NCBI GenBank assembly: GCA_003144275.1
Contig: NJBF01000024.1
Span: 30,001-62,000, forward strand
Direction: 5' to 3'
DNA: 32,000 bases
Source of the DNA: Candidatus Heimdallarchaeota archaeon B3_Heim
GTDB lineage: Archaea; Asgardarchaeota; Heimdallarchaeia; Hodarchaeales; Hodarchaeaceae
Made by a program: the position numbers and the translations under genes. The notes under the pieces were generated by a model. It did not search any database. It was not told the DNA's origin and saw only the letters and a program-made list of their open reading frames with translations. Below, piece by piece: positions 1-10,300 of this stretch. Each line of letters begins with the position of its first letter. The stretch's first letter is position 1.

Positions 1-3000
1 AGTACGAGTCTAACAGTGAATGAAACCACTCTCGTGTTAACATGGCGAGAAAACACTACACTACAGATTTGGTACAATGATTCTGCTAATGTTCCAGTCT
101 CAAGCGCTTCAATAATCATAGATGGGGATAATGCTCACCCCGCTTTGTATGATCCTGGCTCAGGAGCCTATTATTATCAGCTTAATAGCACTCAATACAG
201 CGGAGTGGGAGATTATTTCAATCTCAACATCACTGCTCATCGAACTTATTATCAAAATCAGACTCTTTATTTCGACCTGACCATAATTCCCGCAGGTTCC
301 TCCATTGATGATGCATCTGTCAATCCTGTTGATTATCCGCTAGACATAACCAATGGATCAGTGTTCTCTTTTTGGGTCACCTGGTTCAGTGAGTATGGAA
401 ATCCTTTGAATGACTCAGATGGAATTGGAAGTTCTTCATCCGATGTTGTTTTAGACTCTACGAACCCAACAACAGGGAATCATACGTTTAAATTTGTACC
501 GACTACGATTGGTCCAATTAATGTCACGCTGACCTTCCAAATTAGCAATTACAATACTGCTATCTATCATATTAATGTCACCAGCATAGAAAATACGAGT
601 TTATCAGCAAATGCGACTACTATCGTGTTGAACTGGCGGGAGAATACTACTCTTGAGATATGGTATAATAATTCCTTCGGTAGTCCTATTGAAGATGCCA
701 CATTAATTGTAGATGGGGATACTGCTCATCCGGCCGTTTTTAATTATGGCACTGGTACATATTATTATCAGCTCAATAGCACTCAATACAGCGGAGTAGG
801 TACATACTTCAATCTCAATATAACTGCTAATCAAACCTATTATCAAAATCAGACTCTTTATTTCGACCTGACAATAAATCCAGCAGATTCATCTATTAAT
901 GATTCATCTGTTAACCCTGTAGACTATCCTCTTGATGTCACCAATGGGACTGCGTATTATTTCTGGGTCATTTGGTTCAGTGAGTATGGAGATCCGTTGA
1001 ACGACTCGGATGGAATTGGAAGTTCTTCATCCGATGTTGTTTTAGACTCTACTAATTCAGTAACAGGGAATCATACGTTTAAGTTTGTGCCAACAACGAT
1101 TGGTCCCATCAATGTTACCTTAACCTTCCAAATCAGTAATTACAATGCTGCTATCTTTCATATTAATGTCACTAGCATAGAAAGTACGAGTCTAACAGTA
1201 ATTGAGACTGCAATCGTGTTAATATGGCTGGAAAATGCTACACTACAAATTTGGTACAATGATTCCTCAAATACTCCTATCAATGGAGCTACGATAATCG
1301 TTGATGGAGACAATATTCATCCTGCTATTTTTAATTCTAGCTCTGGAGCTTATTATTATCAGCTTAATAGTACTCAATACAACGGAGTGGGATCATATCT
1401 CAATCTCAATATAACAGCTTACCGAACTTATTATCAAAATCAGACCCTCTACTTCGATTTAACCATCGACCCAGCAGATTCCTCAATTGATGATGCTTCT
1501 GTTGACCATGGAGACTATCCTCTTGAGATCACCAATGGGACTGCGTATTATTTCTGGGTCATTTGGTTCAGTGAGTATGGAGATCCGTTGAATGACTCGG
1601 ATGGAGTTGAGAGCTCTTCATCCGATGTTGTTTTAGACTCTACGAACCCAACAACAGGAAATCATACATTTAAGTTTGTACCAACCTCGATTGGCCCAAT
1701 CAATGTCACACTGACTTTTCAAATTAGCAATTACAATGCTGCTTTCTTTAATATTAATATAACCAGTATAGAAACCACGAGTCTAACAGTAAATGAAACC
1801 GCTATTGTACTAACTTGGCAGGGTAATACTACCTTACAGATTTGGTATAATAACTCAAGGAATAAGTCAATTGAAAGTGCAATCATTTCAGTAAATGGTG
1901 ATAATCAAAATGTGACCTATGATTCTAATTCAGGTGCCTATTACTTTCAACTTAATAGCACTCAATACAATGGAGTAGGATCATATCTCAATCTCGTTAT
2001 AACTGCTAATCAAACCTACCATCAAAATCAGACCCTCTATTTCAACCTAACCATAATTCCGGCTGATTCATCCATTACTGATGTATCTGTTGACCCAGTA
2101 GACTATCCTCTTGAGATCACCAATGGGACTGCGTTTTATTTCTGGGTTACTTGGCTTAGTGAATACGGAGATCCGTTGAACGACTCGGATGGAGTCGGGA
2201 TCTCTAGTTCAGATGGTATATTGGACTCTACGAACCCAACAACAGGGAATCATACGTTTAAATTTGTACCGACTACGATTGGTCCAATTAATGTCACGCT
2301 GACCTTTCAAATCAATAATTACAATGCTGCTATCTTTCATATAAATTTCACCAGTATAGAAAATACGAGTTTATCAGCAAATGCGACTACTATCGTGTTA
2401 ACCTGGCGGGAGAATACTACTCTTCAGATTTGGTACAATAATTCCGCAAATGATCCAGTTCCAAGTGCTATAATAATAATAAATGGGGATGATACTCACC
2501 CCGCTGTGTATGATCTTGGCTCAGGAGCTTATTATTATAACCTCAATAGTACTCAATATAGTGGAGTAGGAACTTATCTCAGTCTCAACATCACTGCTTA
2601 TCGAACTTATTATCAAAATCAAACGCGTTACTTTGACCTGACCATAAACCCAGCAGACTCCTCTGTTGGTGATACATCTGTTGACCCTTTAGACTATCCT
2701 CTTGAGATCACCAACGGGACAGCATATTACTTCTGGGTTACCTGGTTCAGTGAGTATGGAGATCCGTTGAACGACTCGGATGGAGTCGAGAGTTCTTCAT
2801 CAGATGTTGTTTTAGACTCTACGAACCCAACAACAGGGAATCATACATTTAAGTTTGTACCAACATCCAATGGCCCAATCAATGTCTCCCTAACCTTCCA
2901 AATCAGTAATTACAATGCTGCTATCTTTCATATTAATGTCACTAGCATAGAAAGTGCGAGTCTAACAGTAAATGAGACCACGATCATTTTAACTTGGCAG

Positions 3001-4430
3001 GAGAATACGACTTTACAGATATGGTATAATGACTCAAGGAATAACTCAATCGAAAGTGCATTAATCTCAGTTAATGGCGATGGTCAAAATGTGAGCTATG
3101 ATTCTAATTCAGGTGCTTATTACTATCAACTAAACAGCACTCAGTACAACGGAGTGGGAGACTATCTCAATCTCAACATCACTGCTTATCGAACTTATTA
3201 CCAAAATCAAACGCTTTACTTTGACCTGACAATAAAACCAGCAGATACCTCTTTTGATAACGCATCTGTCGACCCTGTGGACTATCCTATTGATGTCACA
3301 AATGGGTCTGCTTATTACTTCTGGGTTACCTGGTTCAGTGAATACGGAGATCCGTTGAACGACTCGGATGGAGTTGAAAGTTCTTCACCAGATGTCATAT
3401 TGGACTCTACGAACCCAACAACAGGGAATCATACATTTAAGTTTGTACCCACCACAATCGGCCCAATCAATGTCACATTGATCTTCCAAATCAGTAATTA
3501 TCTTACTGCTTTATTTCATATTAATGTCACTAGTATAGAAAGTACGAATCTGGTGGTAAATGAGACCAATATAGTGTTAATTTGGCGGGAAAATGCTACA
3601 TTACAGATTTGGTACAATGATTCTGCAATTACTCCAATTCCGAGTGCTACAATCATAGTAGGCGGAGATTATGCTCACCCCGCTGTGTATGATCCTGGTT
3701 CAGGAGCTTATTATTATCAGCTCAATAGCACTCAATACAGCGGAGTAGGAACCTATCTCAATCTCAATATCACTGCTTACCGTTCCTACTATCTAAACCA
3801 AACGATTTATTTTGACCTGACCATCAACCCAGCAGATTCGTATATTGATACTGCATCTATTGACCCTGTAGACTATCCTCTTGATGTCACCAATGGATCT
3901 GCTTATTACTTCTGGGTCACCTGGTTCAGTGAGTATGGAGATCCGTTGAACGACTCAGATGGAGTTGAGAGTTCTTCATCAGATGTTGTATTAGACTCTA
4001 CAAACCCAACAACAGGGAATCATACTTTTAAGTTTGTACCAACATCCAATGGCCTAATCAATGTCACTCTTACCTTTCAGATTAACAATTACAATACTGC
4101 TATCTTTCATATTAATGTCACTAGCATTGAAAGTACGAGCTTAACGTCAAATGAGACAAGTATCGTTTTGAACTGGCGGGAAAATGCTACACTACAGATT
4201 TGGTACAATGATTCTGCAATTACTCCAATCCCAAGTGCAACGATAATCATAGATGGTGATTATAGTCACCCCGCTGTGTATGATCCTGGTTCAGGGGCAT
4301 ATTACTATCAGCTCAATAGCACTCATTACGGAGGAGTAGGAACCTATCTCAATCTTAATGTCACTGCTTACCGTACCTATTATCTAAATCAGACGCTTTA
4401 CTTCGATTTAATCATAAACCAAGCAGATTC
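1..4430 (+). repeat. Intragenic tandem array: 7 full units of 591/588 bp plus a half unit
   Basis: Unit starts read directly at 1, 592, 1183, 1774, 2362, 2953, 3541 and 4132 (spacings 591, 591, 591, 588, 591, 588, 591). Each unit has an A half (TSL..N.T.IVL.W.EN.TLQIWYN...YFDLTI) and a B half (PADSSI...DYPL..TNG..Y.FWV.WFSEYGDPLNDSDG...NHTFKFVPT...NVTSIE). Confidence 0.95.
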
Positions 4431-6900
4431 TTCCATTGAAAACACATCATTAAAATCATTTCCAGAACTAAACAATGTCCCTTCAGATGAAAATTTCGAG
4501 TTTTGGCTAATCTGGCAGAGTGAATATAATGATTTTCTCAACGCCTCGGATGGAGTTTTAATCAATGGTACTCTCAATAATCATCCTGATGTTTATCTTT
4601 TCGATACTGATGCAAGTATTGGTAATCATTCATTTATTTTCTTCTATAGCGGAACAGCGATACTTACTTACAATTTAACGTTCATAATTGAAAACTATCT
4701 TAAACTAGAGTTCCTTATTCGCTTCAATGTCTATAATAGAACAATGATGATTGATAATGGGCTCTCTAATCCCATGAGTGGTCAAACCATAGATTTCCTA
4801 CAATACGGAGAATACTATTACTTTAGTGTTTTCATCAATGATAGTTCAACGAAATTACCTCTAAACACGACCATCCTAGACCTTCCTGATGGTGTAATTT
4901 TTCTTGATTATCCTACTGAAGGAAATCATTCTTTTAGGTATAATGCCTCAATAATCGGTAATTTTTCAAACTCAGTAATTGAATTTGCTTTACAAAATTA
5001 TAATACCTTACAATTCAACATATCTTTTATAGTCTCTCCACGTAATATGATATTAGATTCAATTAGGAGTACCCAACAATCTATTGATTATTTGCAGTAT
5101 GGAGATGTATTTTATTTCCTTGTATATATTAATGATAGTCGTACAGGAGCTCCTCTTAACATTTCTACCTTTAGTGAATTACCCCCGAACTTCTTCTTTG
5201 AAAATTTCTCTGTTACGAAAGGACACCTTTTCTGGTATCAAGCACTGGAAAGAGGAGATTTTATTTTCGAAATCAACTTTACCAAACAGAACTTTAACTC
5301 CTACCTTCATAATCTCATTTTCAATATTACAAAAGCCAATTCTGAACTAATTTCTTCCACCACCTCAATAACAACCTACTATTCAAATGATGTCGACTTC
5401 TCTCTGGTATGGCAATCTATTCCAAATCCAAATATAAGTTCAAGTCCAATACTAAGAATAATGAATACTAGCAGTATTATTATTCAACCCTCATCTCCAG
5501 AGTGGTTAAACAATATCATATTACATACATTGGAAAATGGTAATTATTCTTTTACTGTCCTCTCCAATCGAGTTGGTACTGTTGTTATTACAATCATTCC
5601 ATACTCCGACAATTACAATACAATTTCAATTGATATAGAAATAAACATACTACTTATGCCTACTTTCGATCCACAAATAAGTTTTCAGTCAGAGTTAGTT
5701 GTAGGTGAGTCATTGCTTATTTCATGTGATCAATGGAAATCTATCACTGACGTAAATGTTTCTATTGATAATTTTCAAATACTTAATAATAGTATATCAA
5801 TTGAGTATACTCCAGTTGATATAACTGAGTTTTCAATCGCTATTACACTCGATACTGAAGACTTTAGACAAGGATTCCATAACCTAACCCTTCTTGTTTC
5901 TAGTTATGGGTATGAAAACACTAGTTTAAGCATCTTTATTGAAATAATTGGCAGAGAAATCGAGATTGCAATTGAGATTTTTCCAGAAAATCTTAATCAA
6001 GGATCAGATTTCACGATTAGAGCTACACTGACATATGCTTCACTTCAAAGGGATTTAGGAGGGTTTGGCTCAGGAATATGCCTTGTACCTTTGAAAGGAG
6101 TTTCTGTATCATTTTTAGTCAATATTAAATACGAAAATGGCACTGTTCTTCCATTGGAGTATAATAATTATACAAATGCGTTAGGTGAAGCAGAATTTAC
6201 TGTGAATCGTATATATACCATTTCAGCTGTAGGAATAGAAAGTATTACAGTCACTTCAGGAGAAACAGCTTCAGGAAAAGGAAGTACTCAGTCTACTCCA
6301 CCTAATTTCTTTGATATGCACCAATTTGAAAAGAAAACTACTGAAATTCCTGAAGAGCTAATAATTTTAGGAATAATCGTCTTTCTGTTTGTCATCATCA
6401 TTGGATCTCCCATTGGTTTCTATACAATTCGAAAAAGAAAGAAAGGACAAAAAATCGTTAGTGATTCAAAAATCAAAATCTCTCCTAAACATACTCCAGA
6501 AGACCCTTCTGAAAAAGCTCCAGAGGTAACTCCAGCAATAAAAGAATTTGATGAAGCCAAAGTTCAGCCCCAGATAGAAGACAAAGTTGAAACTGAAAAA
6601 CGACAAACAAAACCCTCTCCCTGGATCGCTCAATTTCCCCCATCTGTTTCAGAGTGTGAAAAAGAAATTAGATATTTATTCATTCTAGTTTTAAGAAGGG
6701 AAGGTCAATGGCATGGAAGAACATCTTACAATTTCCTTCTTAAGAAGAGAACTGATGAGATTTCAGTAGCAAATCTAAGAAAGGTTTATACGATTCTTCC
6801 TCAACAAACAAGTTTTTTCAAGAAAGAAAAAACCTCGATTATTATCACAGAAGAGGGAAAAAGAGTAGCCTTAAGCATCTTAAAAAATAATGATCAGTAA
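1..6900 (+). CDS. Giant repetitive cell-surface glycoprotein (Ig-like tandem repeats, C-terminal TM helix, cytoplasmic tail with a wHTH-like domain); 5'-truncated by the window
   Basis: Frame 1 is open from base 1 (agt acg agt cta aca = STSLT, a repeat start), so the GTG at 16 is not the true start. The ORF has beta-rich repeats with about 11 N-x-S/T sequons each. A hydrophobic helix (LIILGIIVFLFVIIIGSPIGFYTI, ~6358-6429) is followed by RKRKK and a ~155-aa tail. Confidence 0.9.
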   Translation, partial: STSLTVNETTLVLTWRENTTLQIWYNDSANVPVSSASIIIDGDNAHPALYDPGSGAYYYQLNSTQYSGVGDYFNLNITAHRTYYQNQTLYFDLTIIPAGSSIDDASVNPVDYPLDITNGSVFSFWVTWFSEYGNPLNDSDGIGSSSSDVVLDSTNPTTGNHTFKFVPTTIGPINVTLTFQISNYNTAIYHINVTSIENTSLSANATTIVLNWRENTTLEIWYNNSFGSPIEDATLIVDGDTAHPAVFNYGTGTYYYQLNSTQYSGVGTYFNLNITANQTYYQNQTLYFDLTINPADSSINDSSVNPVDYPLDVTNGTAYYFWVIWFSEYGDPLNDSDGIGSSSSDVVLDSTNSVTGNHTFKFVPTTIGPINVTLTFQISNYNAAIFHINVTSIESTSLTVIETAIVLIWLENATLQIWYNDSSNTPINGATIIVDGDNIHPAIFNSSSGAYYYQLNSTQYNGVGSYLNLNITAYRTYYQNQTLYFDLTIDPADSSIDDASVDHGDYPLEITNGTAYYFWVIWFSEYGDPLNDSDGVESSSSDVVLDSTNPTTGNHTFKFVPTSIGPINVTLTFQISNYNAAFFNINITSIETTSLTVNETAIVLTWQGNTTLQIWYNNSRNKSIESAIISVNGDNQNVTYDSNSGAYYFQLNSTQYNGVGSYLNLVITANQTYHQNQTLYFNLTIIPADSSITDVSVDPVDYPLEITNGTAFYFWVTWLSEYGDPLNDSDGVGISSSDGILDSTNPTTGNHTFKFVPTTIGPINVTLTFQINNYNAAIFHINFTSIENTSLSANATTIVLTWRENTTLQIWYNNSANDPVPSAIIIINGDDTHPAVYDLGSGAYYYNLNSTQYSGVGTYLSLNITAYRTYYQNQTRYFDLTINPADSSVGDTSVDPLDYPLEITNGTAYYFWVTWFSEYGDPLNDSDGVESSSSDVVLDSTNPTTGNHTFKFVPTSNGPINVSLTFQISNYNAAIFHINVTSIESASLTVNETTIILTWQENTTLQIWYNDSRNNSIESALISVNGDGQNVSYDSNSGAYYYQLNSTQYNGVGDYLNLNITAYRTYYQNQTLYFDLTIKPADTSFDNASVDPVDYPIDVTNGSAYYFWVTWFSEYGDPLNDSDGVESSSPDVILDSTNPTTGNHTFKFVPTTIGPINVTLIFQISNYLTALFHINVTSIESTNLVVNETNIVLIWRENATLQIWYNDSAITPIPSATIIVGGDYAHPAVYDPGSGAYYYQLNSTQYSGVGTYLNLNITAYRSYYLNQTIYFDLTINPADSYIDTASIDPVDYPLDVTNGSAYYFWVTWFSEYGDPLNDSDGVESSSSDVVLDSTNPTTGNHTFKFVPTSNGLINVTLTFQINNYNTAIFHINVTSIESTSLTSNETSIVLNWRENATLQIWYNDSAITPIPSATIIIDGDYSHPAVYDPGSGAYYYQLNSTHYGGVGTYLNLNVTAYRTYYLNQTLYFDLIINQADSSIENTSLKSFPELNNVPSDENFEFWLIWQSEYNDFLNASDGVLINGTLNNHPDVYLFDTDASIGNHSFIFFYSGTAILTYNLTFIIENYLKLEFLIRFNVYNRTMMIDNGLSNPMSGQTIDFLQYGEYYYFSVFINDSSTKLPLNTTILDLPDGVIFLDYPTEGNHSFRYNASIIGNFSNSVIEFALQNYNTLQFNISFIVSPRNMILDSIRSTQQSIDYLQYGDVFYFLVYINDSRTGAPLNISTFSELPPNFFFENFSVTKGHLFWYQALERGDFIFEINFTKQNFNSYLHNLIFNITKANSELISSTTSITTYYSNDVDFSLVWQSIPNPNISSSPILRIMNTSSIIIQPSSPEWLNNIILHTLENGNYSFTVLSNRVGTVVITIIPYSDNYNTISIDIEINILLMPTFDPQISFQSELVVGESLLISCDQWKSITDVNVSIDNFQILNNSISIEYTPVDITEFSIAITLDTEDFRQGFHNLTLLVSSYGYENTSLSIFIEIIGREIEIAIEIFPENLNQGSDFTIRATLTYASLQRDLGGFGSGICLVPLKGVSVSFLVNIKYENGTVLPLEYNNYTNALGEAEFTVNRIYTISAVGIESITVTSGETASGKGSTQSTPPNFFDMHQFEKKTTEIPEELIILGIIVFLFVIIIGSPIGFYTIRKRKKGQKIVSDSKIKISPKHTPEDPSEKAPEVTPAIKEFDEAKVQPQIEDKVETEKRQTKPSPWIAQFPPSVSECEKEIRYLFILVLRREGQWHGRTSYNFLLKKRTDEISVANLRKVYTILPQQTSFFKKEKTSIIITEEGKRVALSILKNNDQ

Positions 6901-7368
6901 TAAACCTCATTACACATCTACAGAGGTAAAATTCTTAGATTATGAAAATATTGATTTGGAAGAATCCTCGCAATGCATAAGTCCATTTATTACTGATGAA
7001 GTCTAGACAATTACTGTGAATAACCTTAACAGAGTCTATTAGCATGTTTCTTTCTTTCTTCTTTTAATGGATTTCACATTTAAGAATGGATTATTTGTTC
7101 TTTTTTATACTGATTTTATTAATTGAAATTAGGCCAGTTTTATTAGTAAATAACCAATATCATACATATATCATTCCTAGCATATTCAAGTTCAAATTGA
7201 TTCTCATTATAACCAACTATATTAATTTAATAAATTGGACTGAGAATCCACCATAAATGAAACCAATTACAAGCCAGAAAAGATCAAGTTTAATTTTTAA
7301 CACAATAATATGCCTTTAAACTGGATTTAAGAATCATCTAAAAAAGAAAATGGAAAAGGGTTAATGAA

Positions 7369-10300
7369 ATGACTCATTGGAAGAAGATAACTAAGAAATA
7401 TTTGCCTAACCTGTTAATCATTTCGTCATTAATAATAACAATCATACCAATAAATATGATAACATCAATTTATCTAATTGAAAGTGTAGAAAAGGATATT
7501 TATGGTAATTCGATCTTGAAGGGATCTGAAGGATTTACCAAGATTCCTAGATTGACACAAGAATCTTTTACCTACTTTTCTTATGGAGGTGAGGGAAGGG
7601 GTGAAAATCTTGACCTTTCTTCTCAACCTTTTAACAATAGATTACCAGATTTCGCTATTAGATCTCAAAAAGGGGAAGGTGGAAGCTCTTTCACAGTTGA
7701 AGATTATTTAACTCTAACGGGGAGTGATGCTGTTCCTGTAAATGATAATCATTGGCAAACAAATCCAGAAGAACATGAAGACCAGTATCCACTAACCATT
7801 CCAGCAAATTTTGTTAATTCTTCATTGACGCTGAACATTTCCGATGTCATAGCTATAGATGACTGGCGATTGATTGAAAATGACAGTGACTCAGCTGACC
7901 CCCGTACTTCCACAATTTTTTCTGAGTTTGCGCAGGAATTTGTGGTTGAGGAAGATTATGTTAACGTCTCCTCACTTCGCTTGTTCATCGATATGGATGA
8001 TACGGATGGGGGTGATGGGCAGAAACCCCATGGAAAGCTTTTACTTCTGAATGACACCTCAGGATCCCCTGATGATAGTGACGTGCTTCATAGTCAAGCT
8101 CTAGAAAGCCATTCCTCCATAGCGGGACTACTTGATGGAAATGATTGGGCAGGTTGGTTGGATTATTCTATTTCCCCCGAAGTGATTCTTCCGAAAGGAA
8201 CGTATTGGTTCGCTTTAAATGATACAAAGGATGGGGGTACGGGAAGCTGGAATTGGCACACCGTGGATGATAGTGGTCAAATCGATAATGGAGATGTCTA
8301 TTTCAAATTTGATCATGGAGATTCTTGGGGACCATATATCGCTTGTGATATCGTCATGATGCCCAAAGTCTGCCCAGTTAAGAATATCAGTTCCACCTAC
8401 CCAGCGAAAGAATATACTGATCCAACAGCGTTGGTATTTCAGTATAAAACATCAATTGACGCTACAAATTTGAGTACATTTACTATGTTCGAGGGAAATA
8501 TGACCAGTGATAACATACACACTTTTAATGTAAATACCTCTGTTAATTTCACGTTATCTTGGTGGATTGAAGTCAATTACACAAATAATCCTATTATCCC
8601 CTCAGTTCACTATTTTGTGGAAAACACAACAACATTACCAAAATGGAATCTTACTTTTGTTACAAATATTGTTTCTACAGTCTATAACATTCGAAATCGT
8701 TCCATAAATGTTTTTAATTTACCTAATGATTGGGCTGAAGGAGCAATTTTCCATGATGGTTCATTAGTTTATAATTCAACCAATTCTGGAGGATTTAATG
8801 GATCTATAGGTTATAATGATGGAGATAGTAACCTGATTGTCAACGCTTCTACTCTTTCTGGAACAAAAACCTGGGATATTTCCTTTAATGCACCTAATTA
8901 CATTACAGAGTTCAACTGGTTTGATCAGATTCTTGGATCAAATGTTACTTTCGCCACTTCTATGGATACACTTAAACCAAAAATTACATTTAAAACACCA
9001 AATGAAGGAGGGTATAATTTTAGTGTCTGGATTGAGTCTCAATCAGGAACGAGGATCTATACGGATTGTAATAAAACTGTGGGTGAGATAGCTAATGATT
9101 GGAACATTACGGAAACAACTGCATCGTTACCTGTAGTCAATGGAACTTATCAGACATATGCATTCTGGGAGAATACCACAGAAAATCAAGTGGGCTTCTA
9201 TGCTCGCAATATTACTGTTTTTATCCATACTACACCTATTATAAACGCCCCAACAGAGGTAATTGAAGATACTTCATTAGAGATTATAGTCTATTATAAC
9301 GCGACTCACAATTCAACTGGAGTAAATAATGCTAATGTGACTGGTATGCCAGATTGGGGGGATCAAAAACCCGTTCAATTTGAACATTCATATTCTCCTC
9401 ATGGATATTACAACTATACATGGGATATTAATAGTTCTCATTTAGCAGGCCAACAACTCAATATAACAATTTTTCTTGAAATGCCTTGGCATATAAACCA
9501 TACAGTTGTTTGGAATACAACTGTTGTCTATACCAGTACAATCACGGCATTAGATGTTCCAAATCCTTTGATTTTAGAATACGGACAGAGTTACCTTCTG
9601 AGAGTCAATTATTCATCGGGAACCACATTTATCTCTGGAGCTACTATGATTGTAGATGGAGATAATGAAAATTTTACAGAAGAACCGAAACATTTCTCCT
9701 ATCTGCTATACACAACAAATTACAATAGCGGGGAAAGTTATTCTAATCTACTTATTCACCTCAATAACTCGGGTTATCTTTCGCAAGAATTGTATTTCAA
9801 CTTGACCATCACGGCGGGGCCAACAAGTGTTCATCAGGCCTATACACCTATAATAGCCTCTATTTATTATACTGAGAGTTATTCATTTGCTGTGTTCTAT
9901 GAAAATACTGTGGATAATGAAGGAATCACAAATGCGGATTCTTCTACCAGTCATCCATCAGCGATTGATTTCTGGTATTCTAATTCAAGTGGATATTACT
10001 TTTTCAATTTGAGTTCAAGTTCGCTATCTCTAGGTTCTTATACAATTAACGTTACTCTTAATCATTCTATCTATCAAGAAAATTTCATATTACTGACATT
10101 CAACATTGTGGAAATGTCTACACAACCTTTAGATTCTTATAGTATTAGTAGTGATCAAATTATGGTAGAAGAAACCATTACAGTAACTATAGATGAGTTT
10201 CAAACTTACAAATCAGATAGCATTGGTACAATAGATAACGCATCAATTCTGTTAAATGGCTCCTCTGTTGATCCTAGTCTTGTTTCTTTTTCATCAAATG

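Noticed and set aside
16-18. GTG start of the giant ORF
   Set aside because: The frame is open from base 1 and begins mid-repeat; there is no signal peptide, so the real start lies upstream of the window.
1-4430. CRISPR array or diversity-generating retroelement as the source of the repeats
   Set aside because: Units are ~590 bp, in frame and protein-coding. There are no short repeat-spacer units and no reverse transcriptase in the window, and the differences between units involve all four bases.
6901-7368. ncRNA or small ORF in the 470-bp spacer (contains a TGATGA box-C-like word)
   Set aside because: No matching box D with terminal stem, no tRNA-like fold and no convincing ORF; the T-rich tracts fit a terminator plus promoter.
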